From assembly GCA_963827685.1 (NCBI GenBank), contig CAWHBU010000005.1, forward strand, positions 32,001-96,000: a stretch of DNA of 64,000 nt, written 5' to 3'. The notes under the pieces are model-generated. The model was given only the letters and a program-made list of their open reading frames with translations. It was not told the DNA's origin and searched no databases. Every line of letters starts with the position of its first letter. Position 1 is the stretch's first letter. A program made the position numbers and the translations under genes. Origin of the DNA: an uncultured delta proteobacterium. Lineage in GTDB: Bacteria > Desulfobacterota > BSN033 > UBA1163. Positions 10,458-21,372 of this stretch are shown one piece after another.

Positions 10458-11454
10458 CAATCTTTGTATAGCAATGACGGCATGCTCCATTCACCACATC
10501 ATTTTGGGTCACTCGAAATCCTATCCGTTCAATCAACCTCCGGCCACAGCGAGGGCAGAAGGTATCTTCGCCTTCCTCACCGGGAATATTTCCACAATAG
10601 ACATATCGGAGACCTGCTTTGATTCCGATCTCCCTCGCTCGATGAAGCGCCGAGGCAGAGGTTCTCGGAAGATTCAGCATTTTATAGGTGGGATAGAAGG
10701 CTGAGATATGCCAGGGCACCTCTGGCCCCAAGGAGGCGATGAATCGGGCGATCTCCTCAAACTCCTGATCGGAGTCATTCAGGGTAGGGATGACAAGGGT
10801 GGTGATCTCCACCCAGATCCCCATCTGTCTCATCCGTTTCAGGTTCTCCAGAATCGGTTCCAATTTCGCCCCACAGACTTCTTTATAAAATTTCTCCCTG
10901 AAACTCTTCAAATCCACATTGGCTGCATCTAAATAGGGTTGGATCGTCTTGAGGGCTTCCTCCGTCATATAGCCGTTGGTGACAAAGATATTTTTAATTC
11001 CTTCCTGGCTGGCTTGTCGAGCGGTGTCGTAAGCATATTCGAAATAGATCGTCGGTTCGGTATAGGTGTACGAGATGGATCGGCATTGGTATTGTTTAGT
11101 TAACGAAATAATTTTAGAAGGGGAGATCTCCGACCCTTCAATCCGACCATCCCGATCCCTTGGCATCTGAGAGATCTCATGATTTTGACACTGGAGGCAT
11201 CGGAAATTGCATCCCACGGCGGCAATGGAGAAAGAACTCGACCCTGGAAAGAGATGAAAGAGCGGCTTCTTCTCGACGGGGTCCACATTCAGAGAGATCG
11301 CACGGCCGTAGACGAGGGTGTAAAGCTTCCCGTCCCGGTTCTCTCGGACTCCACAGAGTCCCCTTTTCGAAAGCGTGATGATGCACCGATGGTTGCAAAG
11401 GTAACATTGCACCTTCCCATCCTCTAAGGGATTGTAAAACATCGCTTCCTTCAT
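10441..11454 (-). CDS. amrS: AmmeMemoRadiSam system radical SAM enzyme
   Basis: CxxC/C N-terminus, DPVEKKPLFH, GCNFRCLQCQN, YTYTEP. Confidence 0.92.
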   Translation of the reverse strand: MKEAMFYNPLEDGKVQCYLCNHRCIITLSKRGLCGVRENRDGKLYTLVYGRAISLNVDPVEKKPLFHLFPGSSSFSIAAVGCNFRCLQCQNHEISQMPRDRDGRIEGSEISPSKIISLTKQYQCRSISYTYTEPTIYFEYAYDTARQASQEGIKNIFVTNGYMTEEALKTIQPYLDAANVDLKSFREKFYKEVCGAKLEPILENLKRMRQMGIWVEITTLVIPTLNDSDQEFEEIARFIASLGPEVPWHISAFYPTYKMLNLPRTSASALHRAREIGIKAGLRYVYCGNIPGEEGEDTFCPRCGRRLIERIGFRVTQNDVVNGACRHCYTKIDGVWK

Positions 11455-11508
11455 GACATCTTTCCTATTTCCGGACAGCACCTATCCAGATTAAAATATA
11501 GGCAGACT

Positions 11509-12688
11509 CTAAAGATCGAAATGAGGAAGTTGTTTAAGAACATATTCTCGTATGTCCTGTGGTTTGGGGAGGTCCCAAAGGATTTTTCTGTTTTGGACAA
11601 ACGGGATGAGGAGTCTCTTTAAACCGACCACCACATGAGCATCGATCCGCATCCGGAGCGGATCGTCCTCCGTTCTTTTTCAAAGGAACCATCTTGTCTT
11701 GAAAACATTTCGAGCACCGGAGAACGCTTTTCGACCCCGACATCTTTCCCCTCTTGGCCAGAGGTTTTCCATCCACCTCGATGATGTCCATCGCAAAATC
11801 GATCACCCGCGCGTTGGTGATCGACGTCCCCACCCCATAGGCATCCACCACAGGATTGAGATCGAGGATTCGTTTCTCATCCATTCCGCCGCTGACATAG
11901 ATCTGAACGTGTCCGAATCCCCTTAGGTTTAATTCCCAGCGAATCTCCTCGATGATCTTCTGAAAGTCTCCCCGCCTCGAGCTGGGGGTGTCAAGCCTAA
12001 TCCCGAAAAGCTTCTTTCCGAGCGCTTCTGCTACTCTGATGGCTTCTATTTTTTCATCATTGAAAGTGTCGATGAGGGAAACCCGTTTCACTTTCGGGTG
12101 GATGACTTCATCAAAAGCCCGGGTGGCCTCCACCGTATCCCCCATGATCAGGATTAAGGCATGGGGCATGGTCCCAGCTGGTTCCTCGCCAATGAACTCA
12201 GCATTCTTCACGACCGATACGCCATCACAGCCTCCGATAAAGGCATTTCGCTCCACCATGGGGGCCACCACAGGATGAATCCGCCTTGCGCCAAAACTGA
12301 TCACCCTTCGGTCACCGGCTGCCTTTTTGCACCGAGCAGCCTTTGTGGCGACACCTGAGGCCTGGCACATCAGCCCTAGAAGGGAAGTTTCATAGAGGCC
12401 GAAGTCCGTGTATCTTCCTTCAATCTCCATGACAGGCTCAAAAGCCCGAAAGATCGTCCCTTCTTTCATTGCTCTGACACTGACTTTCAGGTCTTTCAGA
12501 AGCTCAGCCGCTTCTTCGATTCCAGCGAAAACTCCCCACCCATAATCCTCCGGGAACCGTTTGGCAATGAATTCAGCTTTCACCCATTTATCAATCTTTT
12601 TGGCCTTGAGGACCTGCATCGTCCTCACAAAATAAACATCCGTTAACTTCCCTTCCTTTATTTCCTTTGGGTCTGCGGTATGAAACAT
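11509..12688 (-). CDS. pncB: Nicotinate phosphoribosyltransferase (archaeal type) with an apparent frameshift near the C-terminus
   Basis: TDVYF, SFGARR, GTMPHAL, RLDTPSSRRG, VSGG; natural-looking C-terminus LLIPFVQNRKILWDLPKPQDIREYVLKQL lies in another frame ending at 11509. Confidence 0.88.
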
Positions 12689-12888
12689 CCGTTTCTCTCC
12701 AGCCTCTCACCCTCCCCCTCTCCCCACCGGGGAGAGGGGGAGGGTGAGAGGAAATTTCAAAAATATTTGATTAGAATTTCTCTTTATATAACAAAAATTT
12801 ACCACCCCTGTCTATAAAAATATTTGCAGAAAAATCTCTATAAGATCAAAAAGAGCATCAGATGAGGAATCAAAAATCCTACCGCTTT

Positions 12889-13794
12889 TCACAATTGCTC
12901 CAAAAGATATCCTTTCTCTTTGAGGATCTCGACGATCCCTTGGCTGCCCACAAGATGGCCTGCCCCCACAATAACAAAATAGGTCTCCTTGGCCTTCAAG
13001 AAATCTTCTATTTTCGAGACCATCTTTCTGTTTCTTTCGTATATAAGTCTTTCATAGATTGGAGCTAATCTTTTATCCTCTGCAAGACTTCTTGTGAGGG
13101 TTGACTCCACGCCCTGCGTATCTCCCGATGTCCATGCCTCTACCAATTTATCCAATTCATGCTTAAGCACATCGATATCCTTTAACGTATACAGCAAGAG
13201 TAGCTCCTGATCCTTCTCGGAAAGTTGAGAAAAGAGACGGAGCTGGTAATCAAAACTCTCAAGCTCCAATATCCTTTTTTTCTCCTTGGCCTTAGAAAGA
13301 AAATATTTGTCTATACCATAGTTTGGGTCAAACCCCAATTTGAGAGTTTCTAAGGACGCTAATGAGAGTGCCAGAAACCAGGGTTTCTGTTTTTTGACGA
13401 CCTCGAGAGGAAAACCTAAGCTCTCCAATTCTTTCTTCAACAGTTCAAAGGTCTCTGCTAAAACATGTTTTTCCAATAGGTCATCTCCCTGATAGAAAGC
13501 ACTTCCAATCAATTCTTGAATATCCCCCTTCTTGATATCATTAATATTCGCCTCCACCACCAGAATATCAGATTGCCCAAAAGCCCTTTCGATCTTTTCA
13601 TCAAGAGGATACATCTCCTTCTTTAAGTAATGTATCGAACCTAATATATAGACCGCATTCGTTTTCGATTGAACCCTCCACAAGAAGCTCTTCTTAGATT
13701 GAGAAAGAGCATCCTGAACAGAAATGACAAGAGATATAAAAATAAGGCTAAGACATATTGGCAATAATCTCGAAGTGTTATTCTTCATTTTCAT
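12889..13794 (-). CDS. TraB/GumN family protein
   Basis: Signal peptide, FLWRV...YILGSIH, GID, LES, ERN, VGAGHL. Confidence 0.92.
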   Translation of the reverse strand: MKMKNNTSRLLPICLSLIFISLVISVQDALSQSKKSFLWRVQSKTNAVYILGSIHYLKKEMYPLDEKIERAFGQSDILVVEANINDIKKGDIQELIGSAFYQGDDLLEKHVLAETFELLKKELESLGFPLEVVKKQKPWFLALSLASLETLKLGFDPNYGIDKYFLSKAKEKKRILELESFDYQLRLFSQLSEKDQELLLLYTLKDIDVLKHELDKLVEAWTSGDTQGVESTLTRSLAEDKRLAPIYERLIYERNRKMVSKIEDFLKAKETYFVIVGAGHLVGSQGIVEILKEKGYLLEQL

Positions 13795-13921
13795 CTTCCT
13801 TTCGATTGTGTATAGGGTTCCTGTGGGCATAGATTTTTCACATAGCCTATGGCGGCTGGACCAAATTTCTTACATCGATACCTTTTCTTCTTCAATTTCC
13901 GAGGTCTTACTTTTCTAGAAC

Positions 13922-14095
13922 TAAACCGTCTATACCCGTTTCACTCCGGGCCCAAGCCACCTTTCATTCACGAAGCGACAGCCGAAACCACTTCGACACC
14001 CAGCCCCAGAAGCCCATGATCCGATTTGACTTCACAAGGGTCTAATACTGAGGGATCGCCACCATCAAAAGCGAGTAGATCCTTCTTGAGCGCCT
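13922..14095 (-). ncRNA. Candidate structured non-coding RNA, family unidentified
   Basis: Consecutive hairpins with several G-U pairs that form only on the minus strand; no credible ORF. Confidence 0.35.
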
Positions 14096-14169
14096 TCAAA
14101 ATGATGACTGTTTTTCAATCTAACTGGTCAATTTTATTCCATTTATACATTGTCACGATAAAGAATTCT

Positions 14170-14185
14170 TGGCACTTTAATTGCA
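14170..14185 (+). promoter_or_regulatory. Candidate sigma54 promoter
   Basis: TGGCAC-TTTAA-TTGCA about 110 bp upstream of the 14296 ORF. Confidence 0.6.
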
Positions 14186-14295
14186 CAATTCTTCCATTAT
14201 TTCTAATTTTCCATTTATCCTAAGATTCATAAAAACAAAATAATGGCTTTTTTTCAATAGGTTCCAATAATTTTTTTTGAAGAACCCTAAAAAAA

Positions 14296-14943
14296 ATGAT
14301 TATTAAAAAAATTTCAATTTTGTCAACTTTTGTCATATTTGTAATGGTCATCCAGGTAGGAGCCAATGATGTTAAATCAGTAAAATACGCCGCTAATCGA
14401 GAAATGATAATAAAAATGGATGAAAATAAAGGTGTCATACAGAAAAGGATGGACCCTGCAAAGGAACCCGTTAAGTCATTAAAAAAACTCAAGGCCAGAC
14501 TTCAATCTACTATTTCACATGATTACAGGGCAAGACTGGACAGTACCAAGCTTGATGTAAACTTCTTAAAGCCTCCGGAAGAAGAAAAGCGAATCCGATT
14601 GATAGATTCCCTGCATAAATTGATTTGTTCCTATGAGTTTTTTCAAGACGCCTGGAAAGATAGATTCTTAAGCTCTCGGGAAATCAACAAAATCAAATCT
14701 TCAAATTCAGATTTTGGTCAATCCATTTCAATGCGGTATCTAAATGGGGATACATACTTTGGAGAGGGGAAGATATTACCCACATTTAAACTTCTCCAAT
14801 CTAAGAGGGACGAAACTTTCAAAGAAATATTTATGGGGGTCCGTCTTTCTTTTGACCCAAAAAGTACACATAGACACATCTTTGTAGAGATGAACATATC
14901 CCCTTCTTCTGAGAAGGGACCGGGGGTTATTATTCCATTTTGA
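14296..14943 (+). CDS. Hypothetical exported protein
   Basis: 215-aa ORF with signal-like N-terminus, followed in operon style by the 14964 ORF. Confidence 0.65.
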   Translation: MIIKKISILSTFVIFVMVIQVGANDVKSVKYAANREMIIKMDENKGVIQKRMDPAKEPVKSLKKLKARLQSTISHDYRARLDSTKLDVNFLKPPEEEKRIRLIDSLHKLICSYEFFQDAWKDRFLSSREINKIKSSNSDFGQSISMRYLNGDTYFGEGKILPTFKLLQSKRDETFKEIFMGVRLSFDPKSTHRHIFVEMNISPSSEKGPGVIIPF

Positions 14944-14963
14944 AAAACGTCGCGGGGTAAAAG

Positions 14964-15377
14964 ATGGATAAGGAATATTTTAATATCCTTATTATGGGGC
15001 ATACGACCTTCGGGATCAGACATCTGAGAATAAAAAAAGAACGTCTTAAAATTGTTGTTTATCTTCTCGCCTTTCTCATCCTCTCTATAACATTCTTCTT
15101 TTGTGATTACATCCAGGTCAGGAAAAAAACCTATCTCTTGAATCAATTGCGTCAGGAAGCGCAGATTCAGAACTCCCACATCCAACTATTTTCTGCAAAG
15201 ATCGGGGAACTGGAGAAAAAACTCACCAAATTGAAGGGTTTTGACAAGAGGATCCGCACCATCGCCAACCTGGAAGGAGGCGAGAAGACAACCTCCTTTA
15301 TAGCCATGGGCGGATCTCCGTCTTCTGCGATTCAAAGGAAGCTGGAGAATGAGGAGAATGAGAAAGAGGAGAAATGA
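14964..15377 (+). CDS. Membrane-anchored coiled-coil protein resembling the N-terminal half of M23 peptidases, catalytic domain absent
   Basis: TM segment, coiled coil, RIRTIANLE...MGG then stop; no HxxxD/HxH motifs. Confidence 0.55.
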   Translation: MDKEYFNILIMGHTTFGIRHLRIKKERLKIVVYLLAFLILSITFFFCDYIQVRKKTYLLNQLRQEAQIQNSHIQLFSAKIGELEKKLTKLKGFDKRIRTIANLEGGEKTTSFIAMGGSPSSAIQRKLENEENEKEEK

Positions 15378-15449
15378 AAAAGTGAAGTCACGAAGCCGCC
15401 AACACCAAGTTATGCGAAGTCGCGGGCGTTCTTTTTGTTGTGATATTTC

Positions 15450-15920
15450 TTATAGATCAACTTTTCTATCCAGATACTCAGAATAATCTCTGACCACGGG
15501 TGAGTATCCCTTTTCCATTAATTTCGAAGAGATCAAAAAATCTGCTGTCGATCTATTACAGGCAGTGGGAATGTTATAGAGCACTGATATTCTTAAAAGG
15601 GCCTTTACGTCTACATCATGCGGATGAGGTTGCATCGGATCCCAAAAGAATATGAGAACATCGATATTCCCGTCCGCAATCATCGCACCGAGTTGCTGAT
15701 CTCCACCAAACGGTCCGGATTTTAGTTTAATGATATTATGTTTTAGGGGATGTTCTTGATCTATTTTTTCCGCTAAAGCCTCTTCCACTAACCTCCCCGT
15801 TGTTCCTGTGCATATCAATTGATGGTTTAACAGCAGCTCCCAGTTCCAATTCACCCATTCCACCAAGTCCTTTTTCAAGTTGTCGTGTGCGACCAGTGCA
15901 ATACGTTTTGCGATTTCCAT
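15450..15920 (-). CDS. mgsA: Methylglyoxal synthase
   Basis: IALVAHD..K, TGTTG, SGPFGGDQQ, FFWDP, PHDVDVKALLR. Confidence 0.97.
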   Translation of the reverse strand: MEIAKRIALVAHDNLKKDLVEWVNWNWELLLNHQLICTGTTGRLVEEALAEKIDQEHPLKHNIIKLKSGPFGGDQQLGAMIADGNIDVLIFFWDPMQPHPHDVDVKALLRISVLYNIPTACNRSTADFLISSKLMEKGYSPVVRDYSEYLDRKVDL

Positions 15921-16130
15921 GCTACCTCCGTTTTTGAGTGAAAGATACCGCTTTCCACCTCAGTAGATGCTCAAAGTCCGCTTCATAATTAGCCGATTGG
16001 CACGAGTTATTCAATGCCCACCATTTCGCCCCAATCGTTCATTTCAGAACGGTTGCGATGAATTTGGGGTTAGCCTTGCATTGGTGCACACAGATAAAAA
16101 TCAGGTGAAAAGAAGCTGAGCGTAGCGAAC

Positions 16131-16727
16131 CTAATCTGCCGGCCAAGGCTTACGTTCCCGATAAAGGTTAAGTCGCTGTTGGAGCTCTGACGTTCCTGCC
16201 AGTTTGGAAGACTCCCAAGCCTTCTCCTGCCATTTCACTGCGTTGTCAAAGTCACCCACTCTCGCATAAGCGGCCGCAAGAGTGTCCAAGTATTCTGCGT
16301 TTCTCCAATCCGACAGCTCACACGCTTTGAGTGCAAGTTCCACAGCCCTCCTCCCGTTACGAAAACCAGGTGTCTTAGCCGTTGCCAATAGCCATGCAAG
16401 GTTATTGTAAGCCTCCGCATCCAGGGGGTTTATCGCAATGGCTTTATTGAAGTCTGAGATCGCCTGATTATACTGCCCCCTGAGCCTGTAGACAATTCCT
16501 CGATTGTTGTAAGCCCTATTATACCTTGGGTTTATCTCAATGGCTTGATTGAAATCTGAGATCGCCTGATCGTATTGCCCTTTTTCCCCAAAGGCAATCC
16601 CCCGATTGTTATAGAACTTAGCATCCCTCGACTCATCCTGTTTTGGCTGAGTCGAGGCACAGGAGAATAAGAAGAAAAAAACGATTGGCAGGATGATCCA
16701 GATTGACTTCATCACACCATTTTTCAT
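16131..16727 (-). CDS. TPR-repeat lipoprotein
   Basis: Lipobox LFSC, tandem YNNRG...QAISDFN TPRs, AYNNLAWLLAT. Confidence 0.88.
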   Translation of the reverse strand: MKNGVMKSIWIILPIVFFFLFSCASTQPKQDESRDAKFYNNRGIAFGEKGQYDQAISDFNQAIEINPRYNRAYNNRGIVYRLRGQYNQAISDFNKAIAINPLDAEAYNNLAWLLATAKTPGFRNGRRAVELALKACELSDWRNAEYLDTLAAAYARVGDFDNAVKWQEKAWESSKLAGTSELQQRLNLYRERKPWPAD

Positions 16728-16925
16728 CGTTCCACTCAGAAAAGGCGATCCAACGAGGGGTTCGCTTCTTGAGACAGCGGCTATGGGTAAACTCCTTATC
16801 AAGAAATGTCACCTATGCCAATCAAACAACTCTATTTCTTTAACACATAAAGTGAACCAGTTCAAAGTCAATCACTACGGAGGAATCGACATTTGAAATC
16901 CCCAATATGAACCCATCCGCAATTT

Positions 16926-16997
16926 CTATTCCCCTCCATCCTGAAGCATCTTCACTGCCTTATTACAAATCAACATGTGAGCAATATTGGCCGGCAT
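16926..16997 (-). pseudogene. 5' fragment resembling a zinc-dependent phospholipase C N-terminus (copy 1)
   Basis: MPANIAHMLICNKAVKMLQDGGE*; near-duplicate at 22300-22371. Confidence 0.4.
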
Positions 16998-17363
16998 TAC
17001 TGGTTTCCTCTCTCTTTAAATCTAAGAAAAAATACGGTCTCATTTTATTGGAAGCATATAGTGGACGGACCTCCGTCTTCTGTGATTCAGGGGAAATTAA
17101 AAGAAGAGCCTAAAGGAAGTGAATGATTAAGAAGGGTAATATGAACCACTCCCCAAATTACCGGATAAAAGATTTTGTCCTTCAATCAGTTTATCAAATT
17201 TCTCATTGAAGTCTTCAAGAATTATCTTAAACTGGTTCCCTTTCATCTTTCCCCGCTCAGATAATTTAATTAAAATAAACAGGACTTGAAATAACAGACA
17301 TTGGCAGGTTAACTGTTTCACCTTGGTCTTTCCCCAGAAAGGATAGGGGATGTTCCGATCAAC

Positions 17364-18452
17364 TTATCCATTGAGAATGACCTCCCTGATCGCATCACCA
17401 ACCTCATGGGTTTTATTTGTTCCCCCCCTATCAGGGGTCTTAACCTTCCCCAAGGCTAAGGTTTTCATGACAGCCCTTTGTATATCTAAAGCGGCCTGCT
17501 CTTCTCCCAGATGATCCAGCATCATCCGAATGGATTCAATCGATGCAATTGGATTGACAACTGCCTTTCCGACATACTTAGGGGCCGACCCATGAATTGG
17601 TTCGAACATAGATGGGTAAATTTTTTCTGGATTGATGTTCCCACCGGCTGCAAATCCCATCCCCCCCTGGAGCATGGATCCGAGATCCGTGATGATGTCT
17701 CCGAAGAGATTAGAGGCCACTATCACATCGAAGTATCCGGGATTCTTTACAAACCACATGGTCAAAGCATCTACCATTGCCATATCGGTCTTTATATCCG
17801 GGTATTCTTTTGCCACTTTTTGATACACTGAGTCCCAAAAAACCATAGAATAATTGAGTGCATTGGATTTGGTACAGTTGGTTACCATCCCAACAGGGGT
17901 TTTTTCGCCAAACTTTTTCCGCTTTCGGGCAAGCTCAAAAGCGTAGCGAATCGCTCTTCCACACCCTTTTTGAGTAAAAATACTTGTCTGAATAGCAAAT
18001 GCATCGGGACTTCCCGGTTTGAAAAAACCCCCTGCAGCGGAATATTCTCCTTCGGTATTTTCTCGGATGACCACCATATCGATAGTTTCAGATGTTGCAG
18101 TTTTCACCGGCGATTCAACTCCAGAATAAAGTTTAATTGGTCGTAAATTGATGTATTGATCAAACCCCTTGCGAATTGTGAGAAGTAGGGTCAGGGAGAT
18201 GTGGTCAGGAACTTTATTGGCATCCCCAATACATCCTAAAAAAATGGCATCAAATTCTTGCAGTATCTCCAGAGCATTGTGGGGCATCATTATTCCATTA
18301 CTTAAATAATAATCACACCCCCAGTTAAAATTTTCTGTCTCGACATTGAAATTGTGTTTATCCGCAACGGCCCTTAGAATCTTGGTAGCTTCTAACGCTA
18401 CCTCATTTCCAACCCCATCTCCTGGTATGAATGCAATTCGATAAGAAGACAC
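17364..18452 (-). CDS. Tartrate/isopropylmalate-family decarboxylating dehydrogenase
   Basis: IPGDGVG.EV, NLRP, RENTEGEY, SNLFGDI..D, FEPIHGSAP; next to a DASS transporter. Confidence 0.92.
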   Translation of the reverse strand: MSSYRIAFIPGDGVGNEVALEATKILRAVADKHNFNVETENFNWGCDYYLSNGIMMPHNALEILQEFDAIFLGCIGDANKVPDHISLTLLLTIRKGFDQYINLRPIKLYSGVESPVKTATSETIDMVVIRENTEGEYSAAGGFFKPGSPDAFAIQTSIFTQKGCGRAIRYAFELARKRKKFGEKTPVGMVTNCTKSNALNYSMVFWDSVYQKVAKEYPDIKTDMAMVDALTMWFVKNPGYFDVIVASNLFGDIITDLGSMLQGGMGFAAGGNINPEKIYPSMFEPIHGSAPKYVGKAVVNPIASIESIRMMLDHLGEEQAALDIQRAVMKTLALGKVKTPDRGGTNKTHEVGDAIREVILNG

Positions 18453-18541
18453 GTGATCTCCTTTATATGTATTACTCGTACCCCTCCCTGTTCTTCACCG
18501 TCATTTTGCTATGAAAAGAGAAGATTACTGAGAGAAAGGGT

Positions 18542-19963
18542 TCATGTTGTGACCCATCTCAAATATGGGTAACCGATGACAAGGAAAACAATAAGAAATA
18601 TCAGTCCGAAGATCAGTCCCAGGATCCAGAAATCCTTACGTTCTATATACCCACTTCCATAATAGATGGGGGACGGCCCTGTTGCATAGGGTGTTATGAT
18701 ACCCATAAGCCCTAGCGTATAACAAAACATTAAGGCGAGGAGTTTTATGGGCATTTCAGGCACGGCTATGGCGGCTGCTAAGAATACCGGGAGCAAAGCC
18801 GTTGTATGCGCCGTCAGACTGGCAAACATATAATGGACAAGGAAGAAGATAGCGACAAGAAACCCTACCATCATTACAATAGGCATACCCCTCAGAACTC
18901 CTGTGGTGATTGCAGCAAACCAATCGAGGAATTTCACCAATCTCAGACCATCGGCCAGGGTGACGAGTGTGGCAAACCAGACCAGCACGTTCCATGCTTG
19001 TTTATAACTCAAGACATCATCCCACTTGATAATACCCGTAAGGATCATAAGGCAAAGCACCATGAGGGCTACTGTCGTAGCATCAAACCATCTGGAGCCA
19101 AAAATCCACAGGCTGAGGGCGCAGATACCGAGGAGGGCCATGATCAATTCTTTTCGTGTTATTTTACCTGCTTTAGACAATTCCTGGTTAGCCCAAACCA
19201 CTACATCCTCGCTGACTTTCACAACAGGTGGGTAGATCTTATAGACAAGAAAAGGTACAACCAGAAAAAGTACTAACCCAACCGGTAAAAAACCGACAAA
19301 CCATTCGCTCCAGGTGATGCTTACCTTTGCAGTTTTATTAACCAGCTCCAAGGCCAGGAGGTTAGGCGCCAGGCCGGTTAAGAACATGGAACTCGTAACA
19401 CAAGTGGATGCAAGCGCTGTCCACATAATGTAGGAACCAATTTTGCGCGCTGTCTCCCCGGGGAGAGACCCATAAAGGGGTGGGATATTTTTGATAATGG
19501 GAAAGATCGTACCTCCACTGCGGGCTGTGTTGGAGGGGGTGAAAGGGGCCAGAATCAAGTCCGCGATAGCTACTGCATAACCAAGACCCAATGTCTTCTT
19601 CCCCAGTAATTTCACCAGATTCAGAGCAATACGACGCCCCAAACCTGTCTTTTCATAACCCATGGCAAACATATATGCGATAAAGATCAGCCATACCGTC
19701 CCGTTGCTAAATCCAGAAAGCACCCACCTTAACGAATCGGCCGGTTTAGGAGTTACAATAAGTAAGCTTCCCGCCAGGGTAACACCTATAACCCCCACTG
19801 CTCCTGCTGCTATTGGTTCCAGAATCAAGGCTACAATTACGGCAGTGAACAAGGCAAAATAATACCAGGCCTTCGGCTGCAAACCTTGGGGAACAGGAAT
19901 TAAACAAATCGCTATCGCTATAAGCACTGGTACAATTGCTCTCCAATACGACAACTTTTTCAT
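18542..19963 (-). CDS. DASS family di/tricarboxylate antiporter (CitT/TtdT-like)
   Basis: GYEKTGLGRRIAL, TPSNTARSGG, FASLTAHTTA, TPYATGP; RBS GGAGG. Confidence 0.93.
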   Translation of the reverse strand: MKKLSYWRAIVPVLIAIAICLIPVPQGLQPKAWYYFALFTAVIVALILEPIAAGAVGVIGVTLAGSLLIVTPKPADSLRWVLSGFSNGTVWLIFIAYMFAMGYEKTGLGRRIALNLVKLLGKKTLGLGYAVAIADLILAPFTPSNTARSGGTIFPIIKNIPPLYGSLPGETARKIGSYIMWTALASTCVTSSMFLTGLAPNLLALELVNKTAKVSITWSEWFVGFLPVGLVLFLVVPFLVYKIYPPVVKVSEDVVVWANQELSKAGKITRKELIMALLGICALSLWIFGSRWFDATTVALMVLCLMILTGIIKWDDVLSYKQAWNVLVWFATLVTLADGLRLVKFLDWFAAITTGVLRGMPIVMMVGFLVAIFFLVHYMFASLTAHTTALLPVFLAAAIAVPEMPIKLLALMFCYTLGLMGIITPYATGPSPIYYGSGYIERKDFWILGLIFGLIFLIVFLVIGYPYLRWVTT

Positions 19964-20400
19964 TTTGATTCCTCCCTGTATGATTTTATTTTTTTCATGG
20001 TCCACCTCCCTTTGTGTGAGCCCCGAGGATCAGGGCACTATTATTGAGTTAGAACCCTCCCTTCTCGATTAGAAGAGATGAACTTTTAAAGCCTCCGAAA
20101 GGGCATAATACTCTCCGATAGGTTGAGATCAGGTAGGGAACGCTGATTTGGAATCCTATGGTTTTATAAGAATCTACTAATTTTGAATAGAAACGTCAAC
20201 AAGAATTCTTGATTTCCCATTTGATGTTATCTCAAGAGAAGAATTGATGGTAGGAGGAAAAAATCAACACCAAACTTGATATTGCCTGGAAGGTCGAATT
20301 TGGATTTTCACAACTAATTTCTTCAGATCCTTTTGAAATCCCTCGATCCTCTATCGGGAACCCGCCTCAATTTCTCAAAGGACTCTTCCGTTGCCGAAAG

Positions 20401-21288
20401 CTATATCAGCACCTCTTCCATCCAGCCGAGTTTGATCAGCTGAATGCGGCTCAAGTCACTGACCCCGAGGTGATATTTTTTATCTGCCACCATGATATGG
20501 ATGGGGGGGACATCCAGAGCCCGGTCTTCGCCGAAAAAGGCGATCCGCTTTACCTGGAGGAGATGGGCACCTATTGCGTCTACAGCAACGGGATCGGTTC
20601 CCACAATCAGCCCCTTATAGGGCCACACGTATCTCTTGTCGAAGAAACTGGCTCCCCTTCCATAAAATTGGGGCGTGAGGACACTGAGGATATTCAGGCG
20701 CGTCTTTCCCTTTACGATCGGATAAGTCCAAATTTTGCCCAGGGGCGAGCACCCCTCATCATGGTAGGCTGAAGGGTTGGGGACAAACTGGATGTAATTC
20801 TTCAGGCAGGTACCGACCCCGGACCAGTGATGCGTCCTCAACGGTCGCACATTGACAAGCGCAGTAGCGTTAAGGAAGATCGGATTATTCAGCACTCCCC
20901 GGTCATCGATGTCGATATTTTTCTCCGCCACTCCCACATCTAGCAGCCGGCGCTTAATAGCCGCTTCCAATTCTTTGGGGGTCCGCAGCTTCTGCCATTC
21001 GTTGCTTTTAATCCCCACCACATCTGAACTCTTGAAAAGTTTCTTCCATGCCTCCATGGGCTTATCAGTTCCCAGGAGACTCTTAACGGCTTCATCCAGC
21101 ATCGATTGCAAGATCTCCTCCTGCACTTTGTCTTGGGGTCCTAATACCCCCGCATTCCGGATGAGGACCACTTTCGCCGTTGTTTCTGCCCGAGCTTCTC
21201 CCAGGATCCCTGACCCCAAGGTAGCAGCCATCGCAGTTCCGGCCGTCACTCGAAGAAAATCCCTACGGGTGAAGATTTTTTCTTCCAT
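20401..21288 (-). CDS. Tat-exported DUF362 domain protein
   Basis: TRRDFL Tat signal, VVGIK, LKNY, DPVAVD. Confidence 0.82.
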   Translation of the reverse strand: MEEKIFTRRDFLRVTAGTAMAATLGSGILGEARAETTAKVVLIRNAGVLGPQDKVQEEILQSMLDEAVKSLLGTDKPMEAWKKLFKSSDVVGIKSNEWQKLRTPKELEAAIKRRLLDVGVAEKNIDIDDRGVLNNPIFLNATALVNVRPLRTHHWSGVGTCLKNYIQFVPNPSAYHDEGCSPLGKIWTYPIVKGKTRLNILSVLTPQFYGRGASFFDKRYVWPYKGLIVGTDPVAVDAIGAHLLQVKRIAFFGEDRALDVPPIHIMVADKKYHLGVSDLSRIQLIKLGWMEEVLI

Positions 21289-21372
21289 CTAACTCAAACT
21301 CCTTTCTCTGTCGAATAGAAATACTCCTCCCCTCCTCAGAGGAGCGGAGGACTGGGTGAGAGGCACCTCCCT

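Noticed and set aside
15390-15445. Possible attC-like remnant downstream of mgsA (CACAAC...GTTGGCG)
   Set aside because: Short, poorly paired and single; cannot be supported.
17127-17321. Short ORF containing MKGNQFKIILEDFNEKFDKLIEG
   Set aside because: Probably a gene remnant, but too short to assign.
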